A stretch of DNA of 61,254 nucleotides, filler included, from Nemertoderma westbladi (lineage: Eukaryota > Animalia > Xenacoelomorpha): assembly GCA_032718475.1 (NCBI GenBank). It is 3 parts of 3 records of this genome, joined end to end, with 100 filler letters (N's around TTAATTAATTAA, not from the genome) between each part and the next. Parts side by side here need not be neighbours in the genome. Positions count along the whole stretch, not along the records: positions 17,597 to 42,216 come from JAUCBJ010000205.1; 2 more parts are not named here. One strand, written 5' to 3'. Both the position numbers and the translations under genes were made by a program. Numbering within the stretch: the first letter of the stretch is position 1; each line of letters opens with the position of its first letter. Below are positions 25,201-38,905 of the stretch, piece after piece. The notes beneath the pieces are model-generated. The model searched no databases. It had not been told where the DNA came from and saw only the letters and a list, made by a program, of their open reading frames with translations.

Positions 25201-28200
25201 CAAACAAACAAACAAACAAACAAACAAACAAACAAACAAACAAACAAACAAACAAACAAACAAACAAACAAACAAACAAACAAACAAACAAACAAACAAA
25301 CAAACAAACAAACAAACAAACAAACAAACAAACAAACAAACAAACAAACAAACAAACAAACAAACAAACAAACAAACAAACAAACAAACAAACAAACAAA
25401 CAAACAAACAAACAAACAAACAAACAAACAAACAAACAAACAAACAAACAAACAAACAAACAAACAAACAAACAAACAAACAAACAAACAAACAAACAAA
25501 CAAACAAACAAACAAACAAACAAACAAACAAACAAACAAACAAACAAACAAACAAACAAACAAACAAACAAACAAACAAACAAACAAACAAACAAACAAA
25601 CAAACAAACAAACAAACAAACAAACAAACAAACAAACAAACAAACAAACAAACAAACAAACAAACAAACAAACAAACAAACAAACAAACAAACAAACAAA
25701 CAAACAAACAAACAAACAAACAAACAAACAAACAAACAAACAAACAAACAAACAAACAAACAAACAAACAAACAAACAAACAAACAAACAAACAAACAAA
25801 CAAACAAACAAACAAACAAACAAACAAACAAACAAACAAACAAACAAACAAACAAACAAACAAACAAACAAACAAACAAACAAACAAACAAACAAACAAA
25901 CAAACAAACAAACAAACAAACAAACAAACAAACAAACAAACAAACAAACAAACAAACAAACAAACAAACAAACAAACAAACAAACAAACAAACAAACAAA
26001 CAAACAAACAAACAAACAAACAAACAAACAAACAAACAAACAAACAAACAAACAAACAAACAAACAAACAAACAAACAAACAAACAAACAAACAAACAAA
26101 CAAACAAACAAACAAACAAACAAACAAACAAACAAACAAACAAACAAACAAACAAACAAACAAACAAACAAACAAACAAACAAACAAACAAACAAACAAA
26201 CAAACAAACAAACAAACAAACAAACAAACAAACAAACAAACAAACAAACAAACAAACAAACAAACAAACAAACAAACAAACAAACAAACAAACAAACAAA
26301 CAAACAAACAAACAAACAAACAAACAAACAAACAAACAAACAAACAAACAAACAAACAAACAAACAAACAAACAAACAAACAAACAAACAAACAAACAAA
26401 CAAACAAACAAACAAACAAACAAACAAACAAACAAACAAACAAACAAACAAACAAACAAACAAACAAACAAACAAACAAACAAACAAACAAACAAACAAA
26501 CAAACAAACAAACAAACAAACAAACAAACAAACAAACAAACAAACAAACAAACAAACAAACAAACAAACAAACAAACAAACAAACAAACAAACAAACAAA
26601 CAAACAAACAAACAAACAAACAAACAAACAAACAAACAAACAAACAAACAAACAAACAAACAAACAAACAAACAAACAAACAAACAAACAAACAAACAAA
26701 CAAACAAACAAACAAACAAACAAACAAACAAACAAACAAACAAACAAACAAACAAACAAACAAACAAACAAACAAACAAACAAACAAACAAACAAACAAA
26801 CAAACAAACAAACAAACAAACAAACAAACAAACAAACAAACAAACAAACAAACAAACAAACAAACAAACAAACAAACAAACAAACAAACAAACAAACAAA
26901 CAAACAAACAAACAAACAAACAAACAAACAAACAAACAAACAAACAAACAAACAAACAAACAAACAAACAAACAAACAAACAAACAAACAAACAAACAAA
27001 CAAACAAACAAACAAACAAACAAACAAACAAACAAACAAACAAACAAACAAACAAACAAACAAACAAACAAACAAACAAACAAACAAACAAACAAACAAA
27101 CAAACAAACAAACAAACAAACAAACAAACAAACAAACAAACAAACAAACAAACAAACAAACAAACAAACAAACAAACAAACAAACAAACAAACAAACAAA
27201 CAAACAAACAAACAAACAAACAAACAAACAAACAAACAAACAAACAAACAAACAAACAAACAAACAAACAAACAAACAAACAAACAAACAAACAAACAAA
27301 CAAACAAACAAACAAACAAACAAACAAACAAACAAACAAACAAACAAACAAACAAACAAACAAACAAACAAACAAACAAACAAACAAACAAACAAACAAA
27401 CAAACAAACAAACAAACAAACAAACAAACAAACAAACAAACAAACAAACAAACAAACAAACAAACAAACAAACAAACAAACAAACAAACAAACAAACAAA
27501 CAAACAAACAAACAAACAAACAAACAAACAAACAAACAAACAAACAAACAAACAAACAAACAAACAAACAAACAAACAAACAAACAAACAAACAAACAAA
27601 CAAACAAACAAACAAACAAACAAACAAACAAACAAACAAACAAACAAACAAACAAACAAACAAACAAACAAACAAACAAACAAACAAACAAACAAACAAA
27701 CAAACAAACAAACAAACAAACAAACAAACAAACAAACAAACAAACAAACAAACAAACAAACAAACAAACAAACAAACAAACAAACAAACAAACAAACAAA
27801 CAAACAAACAAACAAACAAACAAACAAACAAACAAACAAACAAACAAACAAACAAACAAACAAACAAACAAACAAACAAACAAACAAACAAACAAACAAA
27901 CAAACAAACAAACAAACAAACAAACAAACAAACAAACAAACAAACAAACAAACAAACAAACAAACAAACAAACAAACAAACAAACAAACAAACAAACAAA
28001 CAAACAAACAAACAAACAAACAAACAAACAAACAAACAAACAAACAAACAAACAAACAAACAAACAAACAAACAAACAAACAAACAAACAAACAAACAAA
28101 CAAACAAACAAACAAACAAACAAACAAACAAACAAACAAACAAACAAACAAACAAACAAACAAACAAACAAACAAACAAACAAACAAACAAACAAACAAA

Positions 28201-28781
28201 CAAACAAACAAACAAACAAACAAACAAACAAACAAACAAACAAACAAACAAACAAACAAACAAACAAACAAACAAACAAACAAACAAACAAACAAACAAA
28301 CAAACAAACAAACAAACAAACAAACAAACAAACAAACAAACAAACAAACAAACAAACAAACAAACAAACAAACAAACAAACAAACAAACAAACAAACAAA
28401 CAAACAAACAAACAAACAAACAAACAAACAAACAAACAAACAAACAAACAAACAAACAAACAAACAAACAAACAAACAAACAAACAAACAAACAAACAAA
28501 CAAACAAACAAACAAACAAACAAACAAACAAACAAACAAACAAACAAACAAACAAACAAACAAACAAACAAACAAACAAACAAACAAACAAACAAACAAA
28601 CAAACAAACAAACAAACAAACAAACAAACAAACAAACAAACAAACAAACAAACAAACAAACAAACAAACAAACAAACAAACAAACAAACAAACAAACAAA
28701 CAAACAAACAAACAAACAAACAAACAAACAAACAAACAAACAAACAAACAAACAAACAAACAAACAAACAAACAAACAAAC
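22272..28781. repeat. Perfect (AAAC)n microsatellite, about 6.5 kb
   Basis: No interruption seen. The ORF-track translations are also uninterrupted. Confidence 0.98.
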
Positions 28782-28989
28782 CGGGAGCTCATAACACCAG
28801 CGCCCAAGGAGTCGACGACCAGGATTAGTAAAGAGGTGACGGCGAGGGTCAGAGGTCTGAAGGGAGATAAAATCAAGGGAGCGGCAGCGGCCAAGAAACG
28901 ACCAAGGGAGGAGGACGACAGAGGGAAGGAACTGAGATGGTTCCCGAAGTCAGGTGGAACGAACTAGAACTTCAATGTGGTATGCCTGG

Positions 28990-30190
28990 AAGGCACCACG
29001 TGAGACGTTCGAACTCCTAAGTACGAATTCAAGTAATCTAAATAATTGAAAAGTGCAAGTAATATGTACGTACGTAGCAATCATTATTAGTTTAGTAAGC
29101 AAATGTAATCAAAGTAAGTACTATAGTTATATAACCTTTTCCAATTAGCTACTGGGATTGGGGACCAATTGACCATGGTACTAATTACAGACGAGACGTT
29201 GGACGACTCCACACCTCTTGAGTGCAACGGCACAGAAAGGGGGTGAGACTTGTCGGGAGTAAGTGGACTGAAAAGGGGGTTGAGTAACAGTGCGAGGAGA
29301 GTGCGGGTGCAATTCAAGTGTGGGGGGGGGGGGGGGAGAAGTGAGAGGCAGAGTGAGGGACAAGGAGGTCCGAGGGTTAGAGCGAGAGTGAGGAGAAGTA
29401 AAGGAGGGTCAGGGTGAAAGTGGAGCAGGGTTAGTGGCGAAAGTGTTGGGGAAACAAAAATTGTGTGAGAGGAGCGCACGATCGGCCCGACACGGGACGC
29501 CAGGTAAACAGGGTAGCGATATCATACCCATAGGGAGCGGCCTGGAAAGCCGGCTCCAAGAAAATAGTTCCACCCCACACCCGATGCTAGATCGGGATCC
29601 AGCGGAATTGTAGCGCACTAGAGGTGGATGCTATCTTCTCACCGGGAAGATAGCATGGGGGGGAGTGTTAGCGTATTCAATTCCGCTAGCCAGCCCCACA
29701 AAATAGGCTTTAAGCAATATTGGGAGCACGAGGTTGATTACCAATCAACCTCGTGTCACCCCAGTAAACGGGGACAACAGGCCCCAGGGGAACACACACA
29801 CAGCGGGGGTCAGAGGTTATACCTCCGGGAGGGAGAGAGTGACAGTAGCGGGGCGGGAGAGAGTAGAGGGTGAGAAGTGAGTTATTAGCCAATGGGGGGA
29901 AAGCATCGACTGAGTAGTGCAATGCGGCCAACAGTGCAATATATATTATCATTCGTTGTGCTAATTCATGAACTCTAATTACCGTCTCCGTCTGCTGTCA
30001 GCAATATATTATCATTTACCGGTACACTACATCAAACATCAACTATTCGTGCTATTATCATTTATTATATTAAATCCTTGAGCCTATATACACCGATTAA
30101 TCAATAACTCAGAACTCTTTCACATACACACGGCGGGGACGCGTAGATTAAAAACCGGATAAACCGGGATCCTCAGTGGATCCCGTCACA
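28990..30190 (-). mobile_element. Possible LTR-like segment
   Basis: The minus strand starts TGTGACGGG at 30190, contains TATA-like and AATAAA motifs and ends CGTCTCACG followed by TGGTGCC (PBS-like). No gag or second LTR found. Confidence 0.3.
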
Positions 30191-31110
30191 CATGTCCTTA
30201 GATCATCATAATGATGATGGGGTGATGATAACTCCACCTACTGGCTCCAGAAGTCGAGGAAATCCTGCCAAGTACCTAACTGATCTAGACTTTGCTGATG
30301 ACTTAGGAGTACTCTCAGAATCACTAGAGGGAGCCCAACGGCTCCTCAGCTCATTAGAACATGCTGCTTCTAGTGTTGGTCTTTCTATTAACTCCAGAAA
30401 GACCAAAATTTTGACAGTTAACTTTGAAAGTCCTCAGCAAGTCTCTGATCGGATGAGCATAAGCTCAAAAGATGGTATGCTTGAGCATGTGGATGACTTC
30501 TGTTACCTGGGATCATGGATCCGGGAGTCAGGTGAGGACCTTCGAATACGTAAGGGAAAGGCATGGGCAGCCTTGAATAGGCTTTCCAGGATTTGGAAGT
30601 CACCGAGAATTAATCGGAAACTTAAGGTCCGATTATTTAGAGCAGCAGTAGTTCCAGTACTCCTCTATGGGAGTCCATGCTGGGCTCTAACTGCTGAGGA
30701 CATCAAATCTCTGGATGGCACATTCACAAGAATGCTACGCCGGGTTCATTGTGTCAAGTACAATGCACACATCTCCAACCAGACACTATATAACATTGGA
30801 GGTGTCTCATTGGTTCCCCCAAGCTTGACACTAGAACAAAATCGCCTCCGCTTTGCAGGACATTGCTTTCGCCGAGAGGACCAGCCAGTGCATAATCTTG
30901 TACTTTGGCAGCCTCATGGAGTGAATAAGCATGGTGGACAGCCCATGACTTTCTTGAGACGCATCTTAAAGGACACTGGCCTTGAAGGTGTGGATGATCT
31001 AGCAAATGTCATGGGTGATAGGGAGTTGTGGCGGTGCAATTTTGTCGATAAGCCGGCACAGCATTCTTAAAAATGCAGCTGCAATGCAGCATGCCGATCC
31101 TAGTAGTAGT
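30191..31110 (+). mobile_element. 5'-truncated RTE-type LINE (RT C-terminal ORF 30192-31070) with (TAG)n tail
   Basis: DLDFADDL, YLGSWI, LLYGS..W, RLRFAGHC. Near-identical to 58451-59368. Confidence 0.92.
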
Positions 31111-31570
31111 ACGCAGATGACCTGGCAATTTACGGCTCCCCCCTATCAGATGTCCAGTCAGCACTTGATAAGTTTTCTGAATATTGCGACGAAAACCATT
31201 TAAGAGTGAACATAGGAAAAACAAAGGGCAATGAAATCAGGGCGTAACCGCACCCACGTAAGAAAAGTTCGGGGCTTTTAATTTAAATTATGGTGCGGCA
31301 TTGCAAAATATGCGTCCACAACCAATGTATTGAACCCGATAGATTACCCTGATTCAGCCCTGATAAATGTTAAATACTGTATCTTGCCGGCAATCGACGC
31401 AGAGTCGCATTCGAATGGTTACCACCACAAGCTGTGCACCAAGTCGAATTGCGGGAGACCCACAGATAACTGTCTTTGTAAATATTGTAACTCCACCGCC
31501 ACTGACATCTCCCACGCTCCTGGTTGCGCCCATTTTAGTGAGCATCAACATCCACTCCATTTAGCTTTTT
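31110..31570 (+). pseudogene. Remnant of a different LINE (YADD to C-terminal Cys/His finger, internally deleted)
   Basis: YADDLAIYG...ALDKFSEYCDENHLRVNIGKTK from 31110, later HHKLC...CLCKYC...H...C. Confidence 0.7.
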
Positions 31571-33880
31571 ATTTAAATAATTTATAATTATATATGAAAT
31601 ATATTTTATTACGTATTCTATATTTTATTTACCGTTACAAAGGTGTATATTTTCCTATCTCTTTTATCCGTTGGATAATTAAACGCTAATTATTAATTTT
31701 ATATAAAATGGTCGATTTAGTTGTGCTACAGTAGAGACATGTTTTAAATTTTAAGGCCAAATTATTCAGTATTATGGAGCTACTGTATGGCCTATTGGCC
31801 TGTATTCACAAGTCAAGACTTCGACCTAATCGTGATGCGATAGATTGCTACGTATCTGCGAATAATTATTTTTTAGGCTTGTTTTTAGTGGTGTTATGGC
31901 CTTTATGGGTCTCATTTTGACTCCTTGTACAGAATTTAGTTGGACAATAATCACATTTTAAGACCAAATCATCACTTTTGCAGTTGCAGTTATGGTGTAT
32001 ATTTCATATTACAAGTCTAACATCTTTTTGTTCCCATTGCGCGGTGATATATAACACAGCATTCGATGAAGCTTTCTCAATAATGTATAATTTTAGTGGT
32101 GGTATTTGACGTATTTTGGGCTCATTGGAAACTGCAATAATGGTTTACTTAGACCCATACATCAATAACACCACTAAAAAAAGACTACAATGAGAAGCGC
32201 TTCTTAGAATGCTTTGCTACTAACTAACAATATGTAAATATCTTGTTGCAAAACGTCTTATCGTGACCTTAAAACTTATAAATTTTCCGGTTTCACCGGT
32301 AATTTTTCACGATTTTGGCATATTGTGGTCGGGGGGATGATACGTGGTTGCGTCAATGCTGACGGTTGGTTATATACAGTTTGGAACGGTTACGTCATAG
32401 CCTACTATACACATAGCTGGGTACAAAAATAGCCAAGAAAATGCCGCAATTACATTATTATCTCTGATATATCGATAATTGCGAAGAATTTAAGGAATAT
32501 GGTCAATTGATACGTCACGTTGATCGTGATGGTTTAATAGAGCCTACAGACTGTTTGGTTTTATCTGACTATATATTGTTATTTGTCATATATAATCCAG
32601 CAAGACATATCAACCCATTGTGTAAAATTGCTTACAAGAGATACTTCGATGAGGTGAATCATTGGTCAAACCTGATCCCTTATCAATATATTAACCACTG
32701 CTCCAGCATTCTGGCGAATATTTTTCTCAACAACTGGAGTCAGGAAGCGTTCAGCTGATATAGCCAGCAAAGAGCACCTGCTTAAGGTCGCTAAACTATC
32801 AACATCAAATACTGTATAATGAATAAATTAATTAGGCCTATAATTGTAAATAATTATTAATTATAATAATTACATGAAAATTAGATAATAATTGATTTCT
32901 ATATAATGAATTATCATGAATTTATTTCATTGATTTTCCATTCATTTATTATAGTCTGCAGCAGTCAATGCATGGCTCGCCCCACTATTGGCACACAATT
33001 GAAATATAGCCTACTCGTTAAACTACCAACTAAACGATATACAGGTCAAACTAAAGTTTTAAATAGGACTGCCGGCATCCACATAGACAAAATAAGCTGT
33101 TTAATAATACAACATTTTTTATGTATTTAATAATATGTTATGAGAAATGGTACTACATGCCTCAATGGCTCGCCCCACATTCTCAGAATTTGAATGTGAT
33201 AGGTTGAAGAAGAATTAAATGATTCTAGATACACAGTAACACACAATACAGTACAGTAAATCATAACACTCAATTGAAAAAGTCAGCCTTCGGTAATTCT
33301 CTACTGTAGGCTCTTGTCATGGCCTGTGTATAGTAGGCTATGGGTTACGTTGTTTTGGGTGTTTTCCAGGAAGCCGGTGAATCTATGTTTATTAGCTCAG
33401 TATATACAGTAGGTGAGTCTGTATTGTAATAGTTGAGTGTAGATGAGATGAGTATACAGTAGCTGAGTACTGCTGCTGTACTTAAAATGTGTATAATCAA
33501 TTTGCTGTGTATTGCTGCTGAGGCACAGTGCCATTCAATTTACTGATTTAGCTGGTTTACTGTCAGACGGTTTGGCAGCACTGGTCAGCCAGTCGCGAGA
33601 CTCATCATTCAGTCATATTGTTGCTGCATTCTGTACTGTTGTAGGCATCCTTCTGTCCTTCTGCTGTTCCAGTGTTCTGTAGGCCTAAGTACTGATGTAC
33701 CTAAGTTCGTACAGCAATACAGCAGTACAGATGTTGCTGTGTTCGTGTTGTACCGGCAGACCGGTACCCTTGACTGCATAGGCCAACAACTACAAGCGCT
33801 GAAGCGGGCATACACTGATACAGCGATACACAGATACAGGCATAAGAATACTGCCAGAATAGAATATGGAATACCTATTG

Positions 33881-36800
33881 CAGTAAGGTACAGTCAGCCA
33901 GTTAGAGGTTTTGTGCAGCCAGATGAAATCTCACTTTTTTCCAGCCAGTTCATAGAAACACCAGCCCGCACCTGGCTGGTCTGGATATCAACTGGCTGGC
34001 CAATTGCAGTTCCGTTATCGGGCTGCTTTGTTCAGTATGATTTGAAGGAGTTAACCCTCTCCAGCTCTGATAAATTATTGACAGACTTTCTTGTGATGTA
34101 GCCGCAATGCTTGACAGATTTTCTTGTGATATAGCCGCAATGCTGGCAGGTGTTCTTGTGATGTAGCCGCTCTGTGGGAGGTTGGGTATAACTGAAATAG
34201 AGGCGCCCCTTGGTGCTTGGTGCTGTGCCTGGATTACAACTGTGAACTGTAGATGCTGAATTAACCTTACGTTAAGTTTGTAAGTTGTAATAATAAGTTG
34301 ATTTTGTGTTAAAGTTTAAAATGCGTTAAATTGTGCAGCGTTATCTGTTTGTGCTTTGGACAGTCAGGGAGATCATCAATTTTGGGGTTACCCCAAATTT
34401 CGAATTTTGGTAATAGACTGTCGAAAATTGGGGTTTTTTTGTTCAAATTTGAGGTATTTTTAGGCTCATAATATCGAGTGTTGCTGCGACTTAGGGAAAC
34501 TATTGGAGCAACTTCTACTTTTAATATGTTAAAATATAATGTAAAATAAGAACTTTTATCGATGCAATAAAATATTTCACCGATGCAAACATGCTTTTAT
34601 TGGGGGCGAAAATTGAAATTTGAGGTTAAACCTCAAATTTGAGACAAAACCTCAAATTTCGCCAGCCTGTACAACATCACCAGCCTGTCAGCAGTAGGGT
34701 GTAGCAGTAGGCTTTGCTGCTTAGTGCTTATAGAGCTTGGTGAGAATGGGTGACCAGTGTAACCTGTGACATGACATGTATGCAGGGTAGGCTTAACCTT
34801 ACAGCACAGTAACTTACAGTCAATAACTTTAATGATTCTTAACTCCGTTAGTGATGGTGAGAAAAATGCAGAAGACTATAGAAATTCTCTATCCTTACAG
34901 CCTTACTGTTGGTAAGAAGAACAGTAGACCAAATCCTCACTGTTGCGAGATTCAAGCTCACACAGCTGCACAGTCACAGACTCAGGAAGACCTACTATAT
35001 CTTGTGGATGTTGAATCAATTCCAGAATTTGGAAGTTTACATATTCTGGCATTCATCTGTTCTGTTCATCATTCATATCACACATCTTCGGAAAAAAATA
35101 TGTTTTCTGGTTGTTGATGTCCTCTTTAACACTTTGTATATCAAATGAAGCCATTCCTCTCCTGATAGCCTGAAGACTTATGTAATATTCGCCTGTCCTA
35201 GCTCTCTCTGTCAATTGGAATACTGTACCATCAGTTTGGAGCCCAGACAAATGTTGCCGCAAAGGTTGACATGTTGACGTGGTTTATACAATATATGTGG
35301 ACTTGATTATTGGTTAGTTATGACGTGGTTAGTTATTCTATATGACTGGCAACTGGAGACTCTAAAGTTGGAACCACCACCTATTGCAGTATACAATAAT
35401 ACATCAATTAAAGTTCAATTTGATAATGTGCTTTAAACTTATATGTAAAGATCTAAACCTGATCCTCCATTACAACAATGTGCAACATAATATCCCAGCC
35501 AGACATCCAATTCAATCATGACCTGGCCATATATATAAAATTATGAAGCAAAGGCCAAGCCCCGCCCATCTGCCCATGCTGCCATGTCTGGGTCTGCTTT
35601 TTCCATACATCACCTCTTCTTTATCAGGGTGATTAACATATGGAACATGCTGGACCTGGAACACAGTAGAAACATCATCATCTCATCACTAATCGCTAGT
35701 CTTTTAAACAGTCTTTAGACTCTGCTTTCTTATCAAGACATCTGAAATGTTTTAGAAATCTAAGTGACTGTTTGTTTATAGGCCTACTATACATACATAA
35801 ATCCTTATAAATTGACCTTATGAGGAACCAGAATCATTTATAACTTGGGCAAAAAGTATAACCTTTTTCACCAACCTATTCTCGAGGCTTTATCTCATTT
35901 CTGGAGTAAACCTTGCAGGCACTAAAGTTGCATTGCAATAGTCGATAGTGTGTAGGGATGGTAAATCTGCTAATCTGATAATTCTGAAATCACTAGCTAA
36001 TCCTGAAATTTAGTGCAGGTGATATCAATATTCCTAACTCTTGTTTATTTTTTTTTTGGTTACTTTCAACTCAGTTCTGTAACCTGCTCCTTTGCTAACC
36101 CTGCAACCGGGCACTAGTGAAAGTGACTTTAGTTTAGGTGATTTCAGGATTAGCAGATTAGGAGCTAGGAGGGTCCCCTATTTGACACAAGTGCCAATGT
36201 TTTATTTTACTTTTTTTACCGGGAGAAAAAGTAAAATCAATGCAAAATTATGGCTCTATGGTACATTATTATGTGGAAATATTATTCAATATTATTGCAG
36301 GTTGCTGTTTTGCCGACTTTGCAAAAGCTGTGCCCAACAAAAAGTTACAATATTCAGATATTATGGGGACAACTTTTTCCCTACCAGTAGGAAAAAAAGT
36401 AGGCCTACTACTTTTTCTCCCGATTTTATGGCATATTCAAGCAAAAAAGTAACAATATAAAAATATAAGTTCTTTAAGCTCTGTACTTCGTTTTATATGT
36501 CTACCATCTGATCATACCACCCCACTGCACCCCTACCGCCCTACCAGTAGCCTTTTTAAGTATAAGCCTTTTTAAACTAATACTGCTGTACTGTATATGT
36601 TTTAAATATTATATTTCACAACACTCAGACACTAGGCCTACATCAGTTTATTTTTTTACCTTTGCAATACAGTAACAAGCTAACAACTACTGAAAAAGGC
36701 CAACTATGACTTCTGTCTGTATCTGACTATGCTGCTATGAAATTCAAATTTGGGGTAAAACTCCAATTTAGAGAATTAACCTAACCTTGTATTAAATTTG

Positions 36801-37964
36801 AGGTAATTCCAAAATTGGGTCTATAATTTGAAATTTGAGGTATTCTCAAATTTGATGATCTCCCTGACTGTTGGATGTAACTTTTCCTCTCTCATAAGTA
36901 AGCCATAAGCTGGCTGCTACTGATAGACAATAGACATTGTGACATGGCACATGGCTTATGAAAATATTCATAATTGAATAATCTAAATACATGGATGGCA
37001 ATTAACCTTATACATATTACATAATAAAGTAATAAACTTACATAACATATTAGCCAATAAAGTAATTAACCTTACATATTACCTTATAAAGTAATTAACC
37101 TTACTTTACCTTACATATTATCTAATTGAGTATTGCGGTCATCGGTCATGCCATGGTCTGATGGTATAGTTGATAGTATAGTATAGTTGAATATTAACTA
37201 TATATACGTCATTGTTCATAAAATAGAACTTTTATAGCGTTACAGCACGAGTGATTTTGTTTCCCTAGCGACAGTGAGTGAAATAATAGAACGAGGGCCG
37301 TAAAAGCTTTAATGTGCTAATTATGAACAATGACGAATCTAATTTTATTTTTTTAGTACAGCCTTATGAAACTACAGCTGTTGAGCTAAATAAAGTTCTG
37401 CAGTTTGTTATAGTAGGCTAAGCTTACTGGGTAATATCCCCCACGGCGTTGTAGGCTACTTGGCTTGCCACTAGTATTGCAGTATCAGAGTATGGGCTGT
37501 GGATTCGGTAGTCTATTAGTTGGTTGGTTAGTCTGTTGCTGTTGTGTCAATGGTACTGGTATGTATGTAGAGTCCAGTGAGCTGTAAATAATTGGCAGCC
37601 ATCTGGCAATAGGGAGCTTTTGAGTGACATACTAGTACATCGGCTCTCTGATTGATCTCAGAGAGGTTATGTTTGGACACCATCTGGCTGGTAAATATCA
37701 TCTGGCTGGATTTTTGATTTAATTATATTATTTACAATAACTTCTTCATACAAGCTCTAAATTTATTGTACAAGCACGTCAAGGTGTAGAATTTGAAGCC
37801 GGTTCTAATGATACTAATATCTCCGTGCCCAAATTTTATTGAGAGTGCCCGTTTAAATTTAAAAATTCCAATGATAAGCTACGGGGATTTCCACTTAAAA
37901 ACTGCAGAATCCAGCCCCCATCTGGCTGTACAAAAGACATGAACTGGCTGACTGTACCTTACTG
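33881..37964. mobile_element. Outer TIR element (23-bp perfect inverted repeat)
   Basis: CAGTAAGGTACAGTCAGCCAGTT (33881-33903) versus AACTGGCTGACTGTACCTTACTG (37942-37964), with internal CAGCCAGATG / CATCTGGCTG mirrors. Confidence 0.65.
34361..36870. mobile_element. Inner 2.5-kb TIR element with 5-bp TSD TTGGA
   Basis: CAGTCAGGGAGATCATCAA / TTGATGATCTCCCTGACTG, TTGGA at 34356-34360 and 36871-36875, and AAATTTGAGG subterminal repeats. Confidence 0.8.
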
Positions 37965-38469
37965 TATTGATAGGCCTATTGACTGATTGACTGATTGAAT
38001 ATATTTGAATATATTTATATTGAATAATAGCTGAATAGAATACTGTTATACTTTGTGTGCATCGTATCAGTCAGTCAGTAGCCTACTGCTCTACTGGCTG
38101 ACTGGTGACTGGTTTTGAATATGCATTACCAGATTACTGTTGTCTGGCTGTACTGCATACTGCGGCTCTTTCCGGCTGTCCGGTTTCAGCTGTTCAGGGC
38201 TGCCGGGGCACTGAATTTTTAACGACTGCAGTAGGCCTACCGCCTACCGGTCAGCTGGTATTACAGTATTACTGTAGTACTCTCAACTGCTCAACTGTCA
38301 GACTGTTGTTTATTCTGTTATTGTAATTGTACCGGTTCATCAGTACAGCAGTAAGACTGGCTGACAACATTGTCAGATTGTGTGAGTTTTTTCACAAATA
38401 GCATAAAAATTCCTTTTTAAAGCACTACAATAAAAACAAAAAACATTAGGCCTATGTCAGTTGTCAGTA

Positions 38470-38905
38470 AGGGAAAATACCCCGAATCGGGGCATAGAGG
38501 CAAACCCCGATTCTGGGTTTTGTAATGCCCCGATTCTGGGGTCTCCCATAGACATTTTTTCTCCTTAATTTCCGCATGTGAAGATTTTAATTCCGCAATT
38601 TCGTTTTAACATATTCGAATACACATTTATATGTTCTACAAATAAGAAAACTTTGGAGTAATAATGAAATCTTCCGGCTTCAATATTGTACCGGAAAATC
38701 TAATGTAAATTGTACCCCGAATCAGGGTATCCAGGACTCCCTGTACCCCGAATCGGGGCTTGCGATATTTTCATACAGCCTGCAGAGCACCGATTCGGGG
38801 TCAATATTTTCTAGTACACCGATTCAGGAATTCAATTTTCTAGAAAATACACCGAATCGGCTCTTTTTTTCCACTCAGACACCGATTCGGTGTATATTTT
38901 CTAGT
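38470..38905. mobile_element. MITE-like cluster of palindromic CCCCGAATCGGGG motifs
   Basis: About nine direct or inverted motif copies. Termini unresolved. Confidence 0.5.

Noticed and set aside
22272-28781. (AAAC)n as a telomere
   Set aside because: It is internal, flanked by complex sequence on both sides, and not a recognised animal telomeric repeat.
22171-28967. Five >2000-aa ORFs (NKQT / FVCL repeats)
   Set aside because: They are translations of the stop-free (AAAC)n tract, not genes.
30294-30320. CTGATGA (also CTGACGA at 60908) as further hammerheads
   Set aside because: No stem II plus GAAA follows. The first is simply the ADD codons of the RT.
37000-37122. Degenerate AAAGTAATTAACCTTAC repeats as another donor-seeded array
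   Set aside because: They contain GTAAGG on the minus strand, but no supportable adjacent exon was found and there are few copies.
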